Origin: a virus
DNA: 64,000 nucleotides
Virus record (IMG/VR): IMGVR_UViG_3300025133_000033
Strand: one strand, 5' to 3'
How positions within the stretch are numbered: the stretch's first letter is position 1; each line of letters begins with the position of its first letter. The position numbers and the translations under genes were made by a program. Below, one piece after another: positions 51,038 through 61,016 of the stretch. The notes beneath the pieces were generated by a model that saw nothing but the letters and a program-made list of their open reading frames with translations, was not told where the DNA came from and did no database searches.

Positions 51038-51250
51038 CTAGACTAATGTGATTCGCGAATCAAGCCGCATAAACTTGTAGCTTGAAAACCGCTTGTCGTC
51101 GTAGAGCGAGGGATTCTCGTGGTCTACAGTAAAGATTGCCTTGTCAACTTCGGTAACGTGACCAATACGTTCCTTTTTGTTGTACATAAAAGACACCTTC
51201 TGTCCCGGTCGCACATTACGACAATCTGTCAAAATTACTGGCACTGTCAT
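51038..51250 (-). CDS. small Sm/WYL-like domain protein
   Basis: VSF.Y....R...V...RFSSYK..RL pattern; own promoter. Confidence 0.5.
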   Translation of the reverse strand: MTVPVILTDCRNVRPGQKVSFMYNKKERIGHVTEVDKAIFTVDHENPSLYDDKRFSSYKFMRLDSRITLV

Positions 51251-51611
51251 TTTCCTTTTCTCCTTGGGTTAATGTATATCCTAATTATACCATGTTAGTC
51301 TCGAAAGTCAATAGAAAAAAACGAAAAAACTTTTCGTCGTAAGTCGTTGCTATCAAAGGAGTTAGGTCGGCCCGCCGCCGGTCGTCGCCCTAAATCCTTA
51401 TCAGATAACGACTTAGGGGCATTCTATTCCCCTTCTTCTACAGAGTCAATATCTGTTGAGGCATCTATCCATTGCTGCCCCTGACCGCTTTCAAGCCAAG
51501 CCATCGACGCGGCATCATCTACGTCTTCGGCTTCTACCGGGATTGTTATTGTCTTTTTTAAAGTAACTAGATATTGAGGCATTTGCTTTCCTTTTGTTTA
51601 AAAATAAAAAT

Positions 51612-51753
51612 AAGGGATAACGGGATTCGAACTATAGCTGGCGTGTCTCACCACAGTACTATGCGACCACGAGGGCAGTTGCAACTACCCATTGGGACCA
51701 GCCCGCATTCCTGGCATTAGCTGCCAGTACATTGCCTCTTATGTTATATCCCC
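51612..51753 (-). tRNA. CUA-anticodon tRNA-like gene with 70-nt insertion in the T arm
   Basis: GGGGATA/TATCCCT, ACAT/ATGT, CTGGC-AGCTAAT-GCCAG, GCGGG[insert]TTCGAAT-CCCGT. Confidence 0.65.
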
Positions 51754-51764
51754 AACACTTTTAG

Positions 51765-51838
51765 CGACCCTAACCGGAATCGAACCGGCAACCCCTAGAT
51801 AGACAATCTAGTGCTCTGCCTGATTGAGCTATAAGGTC
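51765..51838 (-). tRNA. tRNA-Asp(GTC), second copy
   Basis: CTAGA-TTGTCTA-TCTAG; homologous to 36592..36666. Confidence 0.9.
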
Positions 51839-52295
51839 AAATCATACTATCATTATACCATCGGGCGTGGTAAAGTCAACCCCATAGCAGAAAAAACAAT
51901 AAGAAATCCGATAATAAGTAGAGTTTCCATTCTGGTCTCCTTCCCTACTACTATTATCGGCATTTGTCAACCCCAATCTTTAATACTTCATAAAAGAAAA
52001 AAAAGATGTAAGTCCTTTGGTAGCAAGGGGTTACGTCCACTCCTCCCGGCGGCTCGCCCTAAGTCCTTACGTGGCAAGGACTTACGACGAAACCTTAGTA
52101 ATTTATGTAGGAAAAAAATCGGCGGAACTCACCCTTTACTCTAGTGGAACCTTTACGTGCAAGCCGCACACCGGCAAGTCTTTTTTCATTCTATCGACTG
52201 TCGAAAAAAGCTCTAGCTGTCAAAAAAGTATGGCTACGGTCCTGTGAGTTTTGTCGGGACTACTCGATACAGAGACTTTACCCGTCACTAGTGAG

Positions 52296-52367
52296 TATTG
52301 CACCGGGGTAACGCTCCCCGCTCTCCAGCTTGAAGGGCTGGCGACATCGCTCCTAGTCCAGTGCAAC
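52296..52367 (-). tRNA. tRNA-Glu(TTC)-like with atypical T loop
   Basis: GTTGCAC/GTGCAAT, CCAGC-CCTTCAA-GCTGG, CGGGG-AGCGTTA-CCCCG. Confidence 0.65.
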
Positions 52368-52414
52368 AAAGATGCCCCGTTTTACGTCGGGGCCACACGT
52401 CAAGGGGATGAACC

Positions 52415-52603
52415 CTACAGGTCGGCGTTGACGTTGTAACGATCACGGGCGACCTTGCGAATGTAGCCGATCTGCCCAGTATGCAAGGTTTTACCCGAGC
52501 CTACTTCGACGATTCGAGCCCATTGGCTGTTTTGACTATTCGCCCGAGTATTTCGCACGATGCGAATCTTCGTTGCGAACAAAGCGGTAGAAACTTTACG
52601 CAT
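52415..52603 (-). CDS. small basic hypothetical protein (MRKVST...)
   Basis: AAGGGG RBS and own promoter. Confidence 0.6.
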   Translation of the reverse strand: MRKVSTALFATKIRIVRNTRANSQNSQWARIVEVGSGKTLHTGQIGYIRKVARDRYNVNADL

Positions 52604-53334
52604 GTTGATTTCCCCTTGTAGGAAAAAGAAAGTGATGACCAGCACGATACTTTGATTATACCATGCTGGTCGTGAAAGTCAATAGACTAATAGCTTTTTT
52701 TGCCGCGAATTACTTTCGCTTCGATCAGAGAGTTTTTGAGCGACTTGAACAAAGACAAAGCGTCGTTGTGGCTCATGTCCGTTTGGACCTTAGTTTCGTC
52801 CAGACCGACAATTTCGGTGAGCGTCAACTCGATCCGATCACGATAGTTTTTGTAAGTCGATCCGGTAGCGTTTTTCAGCTCGTGTTTGATGACAGTTTTC
52901 ATGGTCTCGTTTCCCTTGTGAAGTAGTAGTGAAGTTGTACCCTGATTATACCATGTCGATGGCAAAAGTCAAGGCCAGACTAAAAGAATTTCTTAAAAGT
53001 TTTGATCGCACGTCGTAGAACCCGAACGTTGATCTTGAACATATCGTTGTGGTAGCCTAGCTCGCACATTTCCAGTTCGCAGTCCAGCTCGTCCATTAGT
53101 CGTAAAACTTTTTTGTAGTTCATTGTTTTTCCCTTCCTTATACCCCCATTATATCATATCGGCTCTTAGAGTCAACCCTCTTGAGAGAAAAAACTCAGAA
53201 AATTTTTGGCACGGTATTTGCAGTAAGAAATCGCCCTAAGTTGTTGGTATCAAAGGGGTTACAGCGGCCCCCTGCCGGGGCTTGCCCTAAGTCCTTATAT
53301 GGCAAGCACTTACGACGATTCTTTCCGTATGTAC

Positions 53335-53370
53335 AAAAAGAAACCCCGGCAGATCTTTACCGGGGCTTCT
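53335..53370 (-). terminator. intrinsic terminator
   Basis: CCCCGG/CCGGGG hairpin followed by a U-rich tail on the - strand. Confidence 0.6.
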
Positions 53371-54110
53371 CGATTGGCGTAATAGTGCGTGCTTTCCTCC
53401 CCGATCAGGGGGTACGGTATGTGCATCACATCTAATCGCCTTGTGGGTCGAGGGTTGGGGGACTCGAACCCGCCTCCTTCCCGCCATCGCACGCTGTAAA
53501 TCTATAGCGGGTAATTAAGCCGCCAGCAAAATCCTCCCTTACCCGTTTAGTAGCGGGTATCCACGGCTTTGCTTTACCGTTTCGTAGGGCACCCTTTCGG
53601 GTGGTTCAAAGGACATTCGATTTGTCGCGTGAGATGTCGGTCGTGCAACCTTATACACCACACCCTCACATTGTTTTATGGCCTCCCTGCTCACGCCTAA
53701 CCCCGGTTGTGTACTTGCGTCACGAGGTAGCAGTTTGGTCTCGGGTGCTCTCACCCCTATCTGGCTCATGGTCTGAATCAACGGCGGCGATGCTTTTTCG
53801 GCCATCTTTCCGCGTCCCCCGCCTTACCTTGACTATTGGGTTTCTTCCTAACCGCTTAGGTTTTCGCGGCTCAGAATACCGATGGCATGTTACCATACCA
53901 GCCTATTGACAGGCATAACCGGCTGAGTATTCCCTCAAGTGTTTGGTGTAGCCGTTGACTACCTTTTCTAAAGTCGGCTCCTCGATTTCCAAATGACAGG
54001 TTGCCCAAATCGAGTTATAGTTAATAGCAAAACAACCTCACCATTAACCCGCCGCTCACATTATCGTCCTTTTTGTCACCTCCTCGTTGGCTTGTCTCTT
54101 GTTGCTTCTT
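53371..54110 (-). ncRNA. candidate large structured ncRNA (~750 nt)
   Basis: Promoter-to-terminator unit without a credible ORF; many GC hairpins. Confidence 0.5.
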
Positions 54111-55317
54111 ATACCACCATTATACCATTTGGGGTTATAATGTCAAGGGGCAACGGCTTAAATATCAAAGAAATAACAGAAAAACTTTTGGCACGGCATT
54201 TGCAGTAAGAAATCGTCGTAAGTCGTTTAATAGCAAGGGGTTAGGGCGAGCCCCGGCGGGGCGTCGATGTAAGTCCTTTGCTAGCAAGGGTTTACGTCGA
54301 TTTTTCTTCTTTTATCACATGAGAAATGGGAATCCAAAACTTTTTCTTACCCCCCTCAATGGATTGTCGAAACTCTACATAGGCTATGCCCATTCTAGTC
54401 TTGATCACATTACAATCATAAATAACCCCCATCGTCTGGGGGTGGAACGCTTTTGCTTTGGTCATTTTTATCCCTGTGGAGTAATAGAATCGAAGTTTAA
54501 TTCTCTAACATTACGCCTACGCATGTCGCGGCGTAATAGTCGAACCTGCTTCGCTAAAAGCTCAATCCTGTTCAGCTTAACATGATAAGCGTCCTCTGCC
54601 CTATGAATGTCTTTAGCCTCTACTAGCTTGGTCAGCCATTCTATTCTTTTTGCATCTATTAATTCAGCAATTTCTAATAGGTCGCATTCTTCCATTACCC
54701 GTCACTCCTTTGAATCCAATCAAAAATGGCATCGTCCAAGCTATCCGTATAGTGGCCCCAGTACGTTGACCCTGGAGTGCTCGGATTAGATAGCCACGTC
54801 ACAAACCTGTGGACGTGCTGTTCACCAAAATCAGCCACCCAGCACCAACAGCCATCCCGCCTTTGTAGCCGGTCGATGATCGTCGCCCCGTTGGGCAGCT
54901 TCTTATCTTCGTAGGGATTAAACATTTTAACCTTTCCAGTTGACTGAGCATTTAAGACCGTGAGATTCCAGATAGTCTAGAATCAACTCCGCCCTTTTCT
55001 TCGTTTCGACGATCTTGCTTTGCCTCTCGCCTCTTTTGTCCCACCATTCGATTTCCCACATCTGCCAACCTCCACGTCATTTTGGGCAACGTGAGAACCA
55101 TCTTCCAGCGTGATCCCGCCAGCAGTGATTTCCGTTACACGAGAACCATTGTAAAACCAACCCAAACCTAATAACTGCATAATCAATACTCCTTGAGTAC
55201 TTTACGAAACTTGTCCCCGCGTGTACGCTCACGCTTGGTGCGTTTATCTTTCATCGTTACCGCTCGGCATTTCGGCATCCAAATTCTTTTTTTTGTAGTT
55301 TTCATATCTCTATTATA

Positions 55318-55653
55318 CTATACGCCGTAAGGATTGCAACCCATTGAGTGATAAATTTTATCGAAAAAGTCTTCTAAGTCAGCGATAGACCACCCATGAT
55401 GTAGCTTAACATTAAAGGTTAATCCTCTATCGGTCTCGAATTGCCCGTCAGCCTCATAGCGGCCATTACTGGGGGCTTTCTCGTCTACAAAAGGGGGGTA
55501 CTCGTACACAGTGATAAAGTATAGCTTAACCCCTTCCTTCTTAACACACTTCTGGAACGCAGCACAGGCATATGGTGCTAATAGCTCATTAGGCTTAAAT
55601 TCCTTATAGCCGTTGTGTTTTAGTAGTGTGTGAAAAATTGAATTATCTCGCAT
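55318..55653 (-). CDS. hypothetical phage protein (MRDNSIF...)
   Basis: FQKCV....GVKLYFITVYEY; start placed downstream of the family B repeat. Confidence 0.55.
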   Translation of the reverse strand: MRDNSIFHTLLKHNGYKEFKPNELLAPYACAAFQKCVKKEGVKLYFITVYEYPPFVDEKAPSNGRYEADGQFETDRGLTFNVKLHHGWSIADLEDFFDKIYHSMGCNPYGV

Positions 55654-56675
55654 GGTAAAAAAACTCGCGTGCAATGAATGAATAGGGGACAGGGGGCAGG
55701 AAGCTAGATCGGCTAGGACAGATATTCCCCACGGATATGAGCGACCATAACACGCCAACGCCCGAACTTATTAGGTATCTTTCCATGCTTCTATTATAAC
55801 ATCGGCTTTCTTAGTGTCAACCCTTGAGGAAAAATATATAGAAAAACTTTTCGTCGTAAGTCGTGGCTATCAAAGGGGTTAGGGCGAGCCGCCGCCGGTT
55901 GTCGCTGTAAGTCGTTGGTATCAAAGGACTTATAGCCCTTTTTTGACAAACCATACCCTATACATTCCCGCCATAACGTGCTGGCTTTTAATCTCGTAAA
56001 AGCTGCCGTTAAAGGGTTTCTTAAAATCTTGAGCATCTTTAAGCCAAGTTTTAATATCCCTTAGCGTCCATGTATAGGTGCGGGATGGATTCCAATTTTC
56101 CATAACTAATCCTTAAACATAAGGGGCCAACCATCCTCATCCAGATCAAGCCCGATCTGTTGAGCCTCTTCGAACTCATCCATAGGATAAGTATCCTGGT
56201 CGTGCAAATTGCCTAGATTAAGATGTTCCACGGGTTCCACCAAATGATCAATCATTCTTAAACTCCTGGGATGTAGCCACCACTGGCCGATTCTACTTCC
56301 TTACCATTTTTGTCCACAGCTACCACATGACAGCCGCAACATTCACAATTAAACGACACCTTTATCTTGAGCAGCTTGATACGCTTCCGCCCTAGACTAT
56401 CCTTATAGGACACACGGACCTTTCGCCCCGCATGTTGAAGCAGCTCTTGGTTATTATAACCGGCTCGTAGATTGATAACTGGTTTCATTTTGTCACCTTT
56501 GCTTTGATACTTTAATTATACTATTGGTATCGGCTATGTCAAGGCACACCATTAAATATTTTGATATTTTTATTGGCACGATATTTGCGTAAGGAATCGT
56601 CGTAAGTCCTTTGATACCAAGGGGTTAGGGCGAGCCCCAGCCGGTCGTCGCCGTAAGTCCTTTGATACCAACGGG

Positions 56676-56888
56676 TTACGTCGATTTTTTTAGGGGCTTA
56701 GCAATATCTACCTCGTTTAGGGGGAGCCATCCCATCCACATATCAGCAGCCTCCACCAATACGGATTGCTCACCCCTCATGCAGGGAGGAAAGTCTACAT
56801 CTTTGATCTTAAATATGGGGCCATGCTCTCTGATCCTGTCGCGGGTTCTTTTGGTGGCTCGCCTTGCTTTGGGTTGTAGTATTCTCAT
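56676..56888 (-). CDS. hypothetical protein; near-identical copy at 63313..63525
   Basis: One amino-acid difference; stop codon supplied by the family A dyad. Confidence 0.7.
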   Translation of the reverse strand: MRILQPKARRATKRTRDRIREHGPIFKIKDVDFPPCMRGEQSVLVEAADMWMGWLPLNEVDIAKPLKKST

Positions 56889-56940
56889 TATAAGATCTTT
56901 ATGGTGATGTCGGCCAGGGCCAGTCTAACTCAAAATGTGT

Positions 56941-57135
56941 TGGTGGGTCAGCAGGAGTCGAACCCGCATTGGCACCGTCCACCTGTTGCTGTTGACCTTA
57001 GTGCTCCCGCACTGCAAGGAGTTGATCACCCTCCGAGCTGTCAACGAACGGAAGGGTGGATAGCCCTTCCAACAACGAACGATACTGGATACCACGTATC
57101 AGCCACCCGCTTTGTTGCGGATAACCTATGCACCC
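56941..57135 (-). ncRNA. ~195-nt tRNA-shelled RNA, copy 1
   Basis: T arm GCGGG-TTCGACT-CCTGC, encoded CCA; covaries with 58209..58402. Confidence 0.8.
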
Positions 57136-57260
57136 AAATTGTATTGTTGGAAGTTTCTGTTTTGTTATGCGGATCAACTTCCTAAGAAACCGCTTCGTCA
57201 ACTTGCTTAATGTACACTTGACAAGTCAACAGGCTTTGTGGGGGAATTTAGCCCCGAACC

Positions 57261-57515
57261 TTATTCGCATCCGTACTTTTCGCATTCCTTGATTTTGTTT
57301 TGAATGTATAACTCTCGGGCACCCGAGAACGCGGGCACGCGGTACACGTTGACCTTCTCGTCAAGTACAACGTCAACATCCCCGTAGGTTTCCACAAAGT
57401 ATTGAACATCGGACTCGTCACACAACAGCAGTTGCGAATCGGTTCGAGTTTCAACAGAACGCATAGCGTTGCCATAAGCGGGAAGGGTAACTTGCATTTG
57501 GGAAGCTTTAATCAT
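57261..57515 (-). CDS. hypothetical protein; paralog of 63577..63834
   Basis: Shared Y.VP..S.AR..YI..K...C..YGCE C-terminus. Confidence 0.7.
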   Translation of the reverse strand: MIKASQMQVTLPAYGNAMRSVETRTDSQLLLCDESDVQYFVETYGDVDVVLDEKVNVYRVPAFSGARELYIQNKIKECEKYGCE

Positions 57516-57538
57516 AATCTTACTCTTTCAAAAATACC

Positions 57539-57596
57539 GGCTATTCAGTCCCTTGGTGGGCTACTCGCTACTCACGAGTCCAGTAAGCCTTGCTTT
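57539..57596 (-). ncRNA. three-way-junction 5' leader motif (also 59123-59183 and 63854-63914)
   Basis: Conserved GGCTTACTGGA/TAGC/ACTGAAT with covarying stems. Confidence 0.65.
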
Positions 57597-57613
57597 CTAT
57601 AGTATATATATAA

Positions 57614-57629
57614 TGCACTATTCGTGCCA
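57614..57629 (-). promoter_or_regulatory. leftward sigma54 -24/-12 motif (copy at ~59198-59213)
   Basis: TGGCACG-AATA-GTGCA. Confidence 0.65.
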
Positions 57630-57930
57630 AAGCGAACAAAATAAAAACTTTTTTATAAGTCGTTGGTATCAAAGGGTTTAGGTCGTGCCAAAACTTTTCT
57701 TCAAAACCCCCCCTTTGTCAAGAAGTGTAGTCAGTTTGTGAGCAATTCTGAAAATCTTGTCGTAAGTCGTTGTGTGGTATAGGGTTACAGCGATTCTCAT
57801 TTTGGGACCAGATTCTCATTTTGGGATTGGCACGATATTTGCAGTAAAAAATCGTCGTAAGTCGTTGGTATGAAAGGACTTAGGGCATCGCCGGGCCGGG
57901 CGTCGATGTAACCCCTTGGTATCAAAGGGC

Positions 57931-58038
57931 TTACGTTAAGGCGTACGCTATAAGAATAATAGCAGTCGTGCCGAGGAACATCACGGCGGCGGGTATGATG
58001 AGAACCTCAGTAATAAAGAAAACAATAGCACGCAACAT
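57931..58038 (-). CDS. 35-aa hydrophobic membrane peptide MLRAIVFFITEVLIIPAAVMFLGTTAIILIAYALT
   Basis: GAGG RBS; same-length homolog at 62354..62461. Confidence 0.7.
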   Translation of the reverse strand: MLRAIVFFITEVLIIPAAVMFLGTTAIILIAYALT

Positions 58039-58129
58039 GTCAAGTACCTCTAGAAAGTGTCAAGTATAATCAGTACATCGCGGCCAATCTGGTATTACGC
58101 CGATTCGAGGGGATTTCTCCAGTCCCCTT

Positions 58130-58141
58130 TTAGTAGCCCAT
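58130..58141 (-). CDS. Met-Gly-Tyr minigene
   Basis: AGGAGG-N9-ATG GGC TAC TAA; conserved at 62572..62583 with synonymous GGA. Confidence 0.55.
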   Translation of the reverse strand: MGY

Positions 58142-58208
58142 TGGTTTTATCCTCCTCATGTTGAAACTGCTAACCCGTCTATCAGAGTCAGCCAAACTTG
58201 TCATGTAT

Positions 58209-58402
58209 TGGCAGGCGTGTCGAGAGTCGAACTCGAATTGGTCTAACCACTTGTTGACGTTTTGCTGCGATGCTCCCGCACCAAAAGGGCTGTACACACC
58301 CTTTGCAGCTAACTAAGGTAGGCTGGATAAGCCTACCGACAACGGTTAAACTGGATACCAAATATCAGCCACCCGCTTTGCTGCGGGCTAGCTTACACAC
58401 CC
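58209..58402 (-). ncRNA. ~195-nt tRNA-shelled RNA, copy 2
   Basis: GGGTGTG/CACGCCT-G-CCA; TCGAG-TTCGACT-CTCGA. Confidence 0.8.
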
Positions 58403-59697
58403 AGATTGTATTGTTGGGCGGCGGCTAGGTCGCTCGTTAGGCCACCATTCCAGGCGGCACCCATTTGTTTTAACCCGTTCAATCTAACCTGCGGGTTCAT
58501 GTACCCTGCGGAAGACTTTTGAACGACCCAGCGTTTTTTATCAACGACTTACGCAATCGGAACGGATGTCTTTTTGTATTGTGGCGGGGGTTAACCCGCT
58601 TGCCATGTTTTCAGTTATACTATAAATCTTGCCGTTGTCAAGCCCGAATATGAAATACTTTTTCAACTCGGTAAGTATATTCGCTTTCTTCCTCTCTGGT
58701 TAATTTGGCCCATGCCTCATTTGCCGCTTTCTCAGTCTCGTAACTTACGATGATTGAGTTACCTTGGCTTCCCCTGTTAAAATCCATAACGATGACATAG
58801 TTCATAGCTCTGTTTCCTTGGTGGCGTTGTGTTTTGTATTACTGAATTATAGCATAGGTGGCGGGTTGTGTCAACACCTAAAAGCGAATATTTTCACCAT
58901 TATGGCAGCGAATCCCCAGGACAGCATTACCCGCCCACTGGGTTAGGCGAAGATACTTCTCCTCCTTAGTTTCATGCCACTTGGCACGATATTCAGAAGC
59001 AAGACGCATAGCCTTATCCATATCATAGCCTAGCTTTTCAGCGGCCTCCAATGCTTTGGCTTTGCGGTGGTCGTGAATACGTTGGGCTAAAATGTAACTC
59101 ATAAAAACTCTTTCTAAAATTAGCAAGGCGATTCAGTCTCAGGTGAGCTACTCGAATTTTTCGAGTCCAGTAAGCCTTGCTTTCTATAGTATATATAATG
59201 CACTATTCGTGCCAAACTAGAGAAAATTGAAATTTAGTCGTAAGTCGTTGATACGAAAGGACTTAAGGCGTGCCAAAACATCTTCTCAAAACCCCTCCTT
59301 TGTCAAGAAGTGTCGTCAATTTGTGAGCGATTTTGAAAATCTTGCTGTAAGTTATTGGTATGTATAGAGTTACGGCCATTCCCAAATCGAGACTCGATTC
59401 TCATTTTGGGATTGGCACGGTATTTGCAGTAAAAAATCGTCGTAAGTCGTTGGTATGAAAGGACTTAGGGCATCGCCGGGCCGGGCGTCGATGTAACTCC
59501 TTTGGCAGTAAGGGTTTACGTCGATTTCTTTCGGGGGGTGCAGTCCATGTCTGTATGGGTATAAAAAAACCCCCCTGGAGCTTGGTTCGCCACAAACCGC
59601 TCGACAGGGGGGCACCACAACGTAAGATTTTATTTTTTTAATAATCCATTAAAACCCTTTCCCCAGATTGTATTCCTCGGCATTTAATTGTTTCTGC

Positions 59698-60096
59698 CTA
59701 GTATTTGTAACACACCCGATCTTCTAGGTCTTCAGCGTCGATCACGCCACCGCTAATCATACCCCCCACAAAGACCTGTTCATTTCGGTACAGCTTATCT
59801 GCATTAACATCATAGGTGATGTGGACTTCCTCTTGTCCGGTCTTGAACTCGATCAACTGAGCCTCCACTTGGGCACGATATGCGGCGATACGCTTGGCCT
59901 TTTCTGCCTTGAGTTGGGCACGCTCGACGCTCGCTTCCACTTCCCGATTGTAGACCTTGTTGATCCCGTCCAGGGTTCGCCCGCCCGACTTGTTATCGTG
60001 GTAGCGTTCGGGGAGCATGGAATTGGGAACGAAGATAGCATCATTCAGAGTCAGGGTGATTTCTTCTAGTAGCTCGTATCCAGTTTTGGTCGTCAT
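59698..60096 (-). CDS. hypothetical protein
   Basis: Own promoter, AAGGA RBS. Confidence 0.65.
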   Translation of the reverse strand: MTTKTGYELLEEITLTLNDAIFVPNSMLPERYHDNKSGGRTLDGINKVYNREVEASVERAQLKAEKAKRIAAYRAQVEAQLIEFKTGQEEVHITYDVNADKLYRNEQVFVGGMISGGVIDAEDLEDRVCYKY

Positions 60097-60764
60097 GGCG
60101 ATTTCCTTTATGTGGCGTATGTTGTTTCTTATACTCTTATTGTACCAAGTGATCTGAGAATGTCAACCCCTAGCACCGATTATTTCGAAAATACTTTAGA
60201 TTCGCAACAATCGGTTACAATCGAGTGCCCCGAAAATGGCAGGGTCTTAACTTCGAATTTCATATTAGGATCTTTGTGGGTATAGCTTACCCCCACGGTG
60301 CATTGTGTCTTACACCCGATAGAACTAGAAACGAGCAAGCCAGCAATGAGAGCGATGGTGATGTAGATGTACTTTTTCATAGTTTTTCCTTTATGTTGAT
60401 TGCCTTATCCTATACTATATATATCGGCATGTCAACCCCAATCCATTAACAAAACCCAAATAAATACGAAATACTTTTGGCACGGTATTTGCGTCAAAAA
60501 TCGTCGTAAGTCGTTGCTACCAAAGGAGTTAGGGCGAGCCGCCGCCGCCCGTCGTCGTAAGTCCTTACGTACCAAGGGGTTACGTCGATAATTTGAAGAC
60601 GGTTTCAATGCCGGATACGACAAGGCTAGAATAGTCCTTATAGCTATCAAGTAGCTGGCTAATAGCGTGGACTTCGTTCTCCGCTTCAAAGTCGCAGAAC
60701 TGTACAAACGTCAACTTGTCGTCGCGGCACAATTCCTGATAAGTTACGCGAAATTTAGACATTT

Positions 60765-61016
60765 TTATCCCTCATATCCAAAGTCGTAGTCCATCCCGTC
60801 ATAATCGTCATAAAAGCCATAGGATTCGTCGCATTCGCAGAAGTCGTCCAACTCCTGACGTTCGAGCTGCAAGTCACGATGATACTCCACCATGTCGTCA
60901 GCCGCCCCCTCACAGATAGCACAGATCTCTACGTCGTGGGCGACTAGGGAGCCGCAGTCCTCACAGGTCCACACGCCAGCCATGATACGCGAGTCGATTT
61001 CTTGCTTTTCACACAT
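60765..61016 (-). CDS. acidic Zn-ribbon protein; paralog of 61902..62129
   Basis: MCEK...DSR...W.CEDCG.LV...DFCECDESYG. Confidence 0.7.
   Translation of the reverse strand: MCEKQEIDSRIMAGVWTCEDCGSLVAHDVEICAICEGAADDMVEYHRDLQLERQELDDFCECDESYGFYDDYDGMDYDFGYEG

Noticed and set aside
51612-51753. Evidence for TAG-recoded genetic code
   Set aside because: Long conserved genes are intact in code 11, and several genes (e.g. tatA) appear to end at TAG.
57539-57596. Hammerhead or twister-sister ribozyme
   Set aside because: Lacks the CUGANGA/GAAA core and the twister-sister loop consensus; kept as an unknown motif.
46955-60707. ORFs spanning dyad modules (46955, 51824, 53181, 54073, 55794, 59370, 59401, 60400, 60432)
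   Set aside because: They are translations of the repeat (RNPL..KDLRR-type peptides) with no RBS or coding signal.
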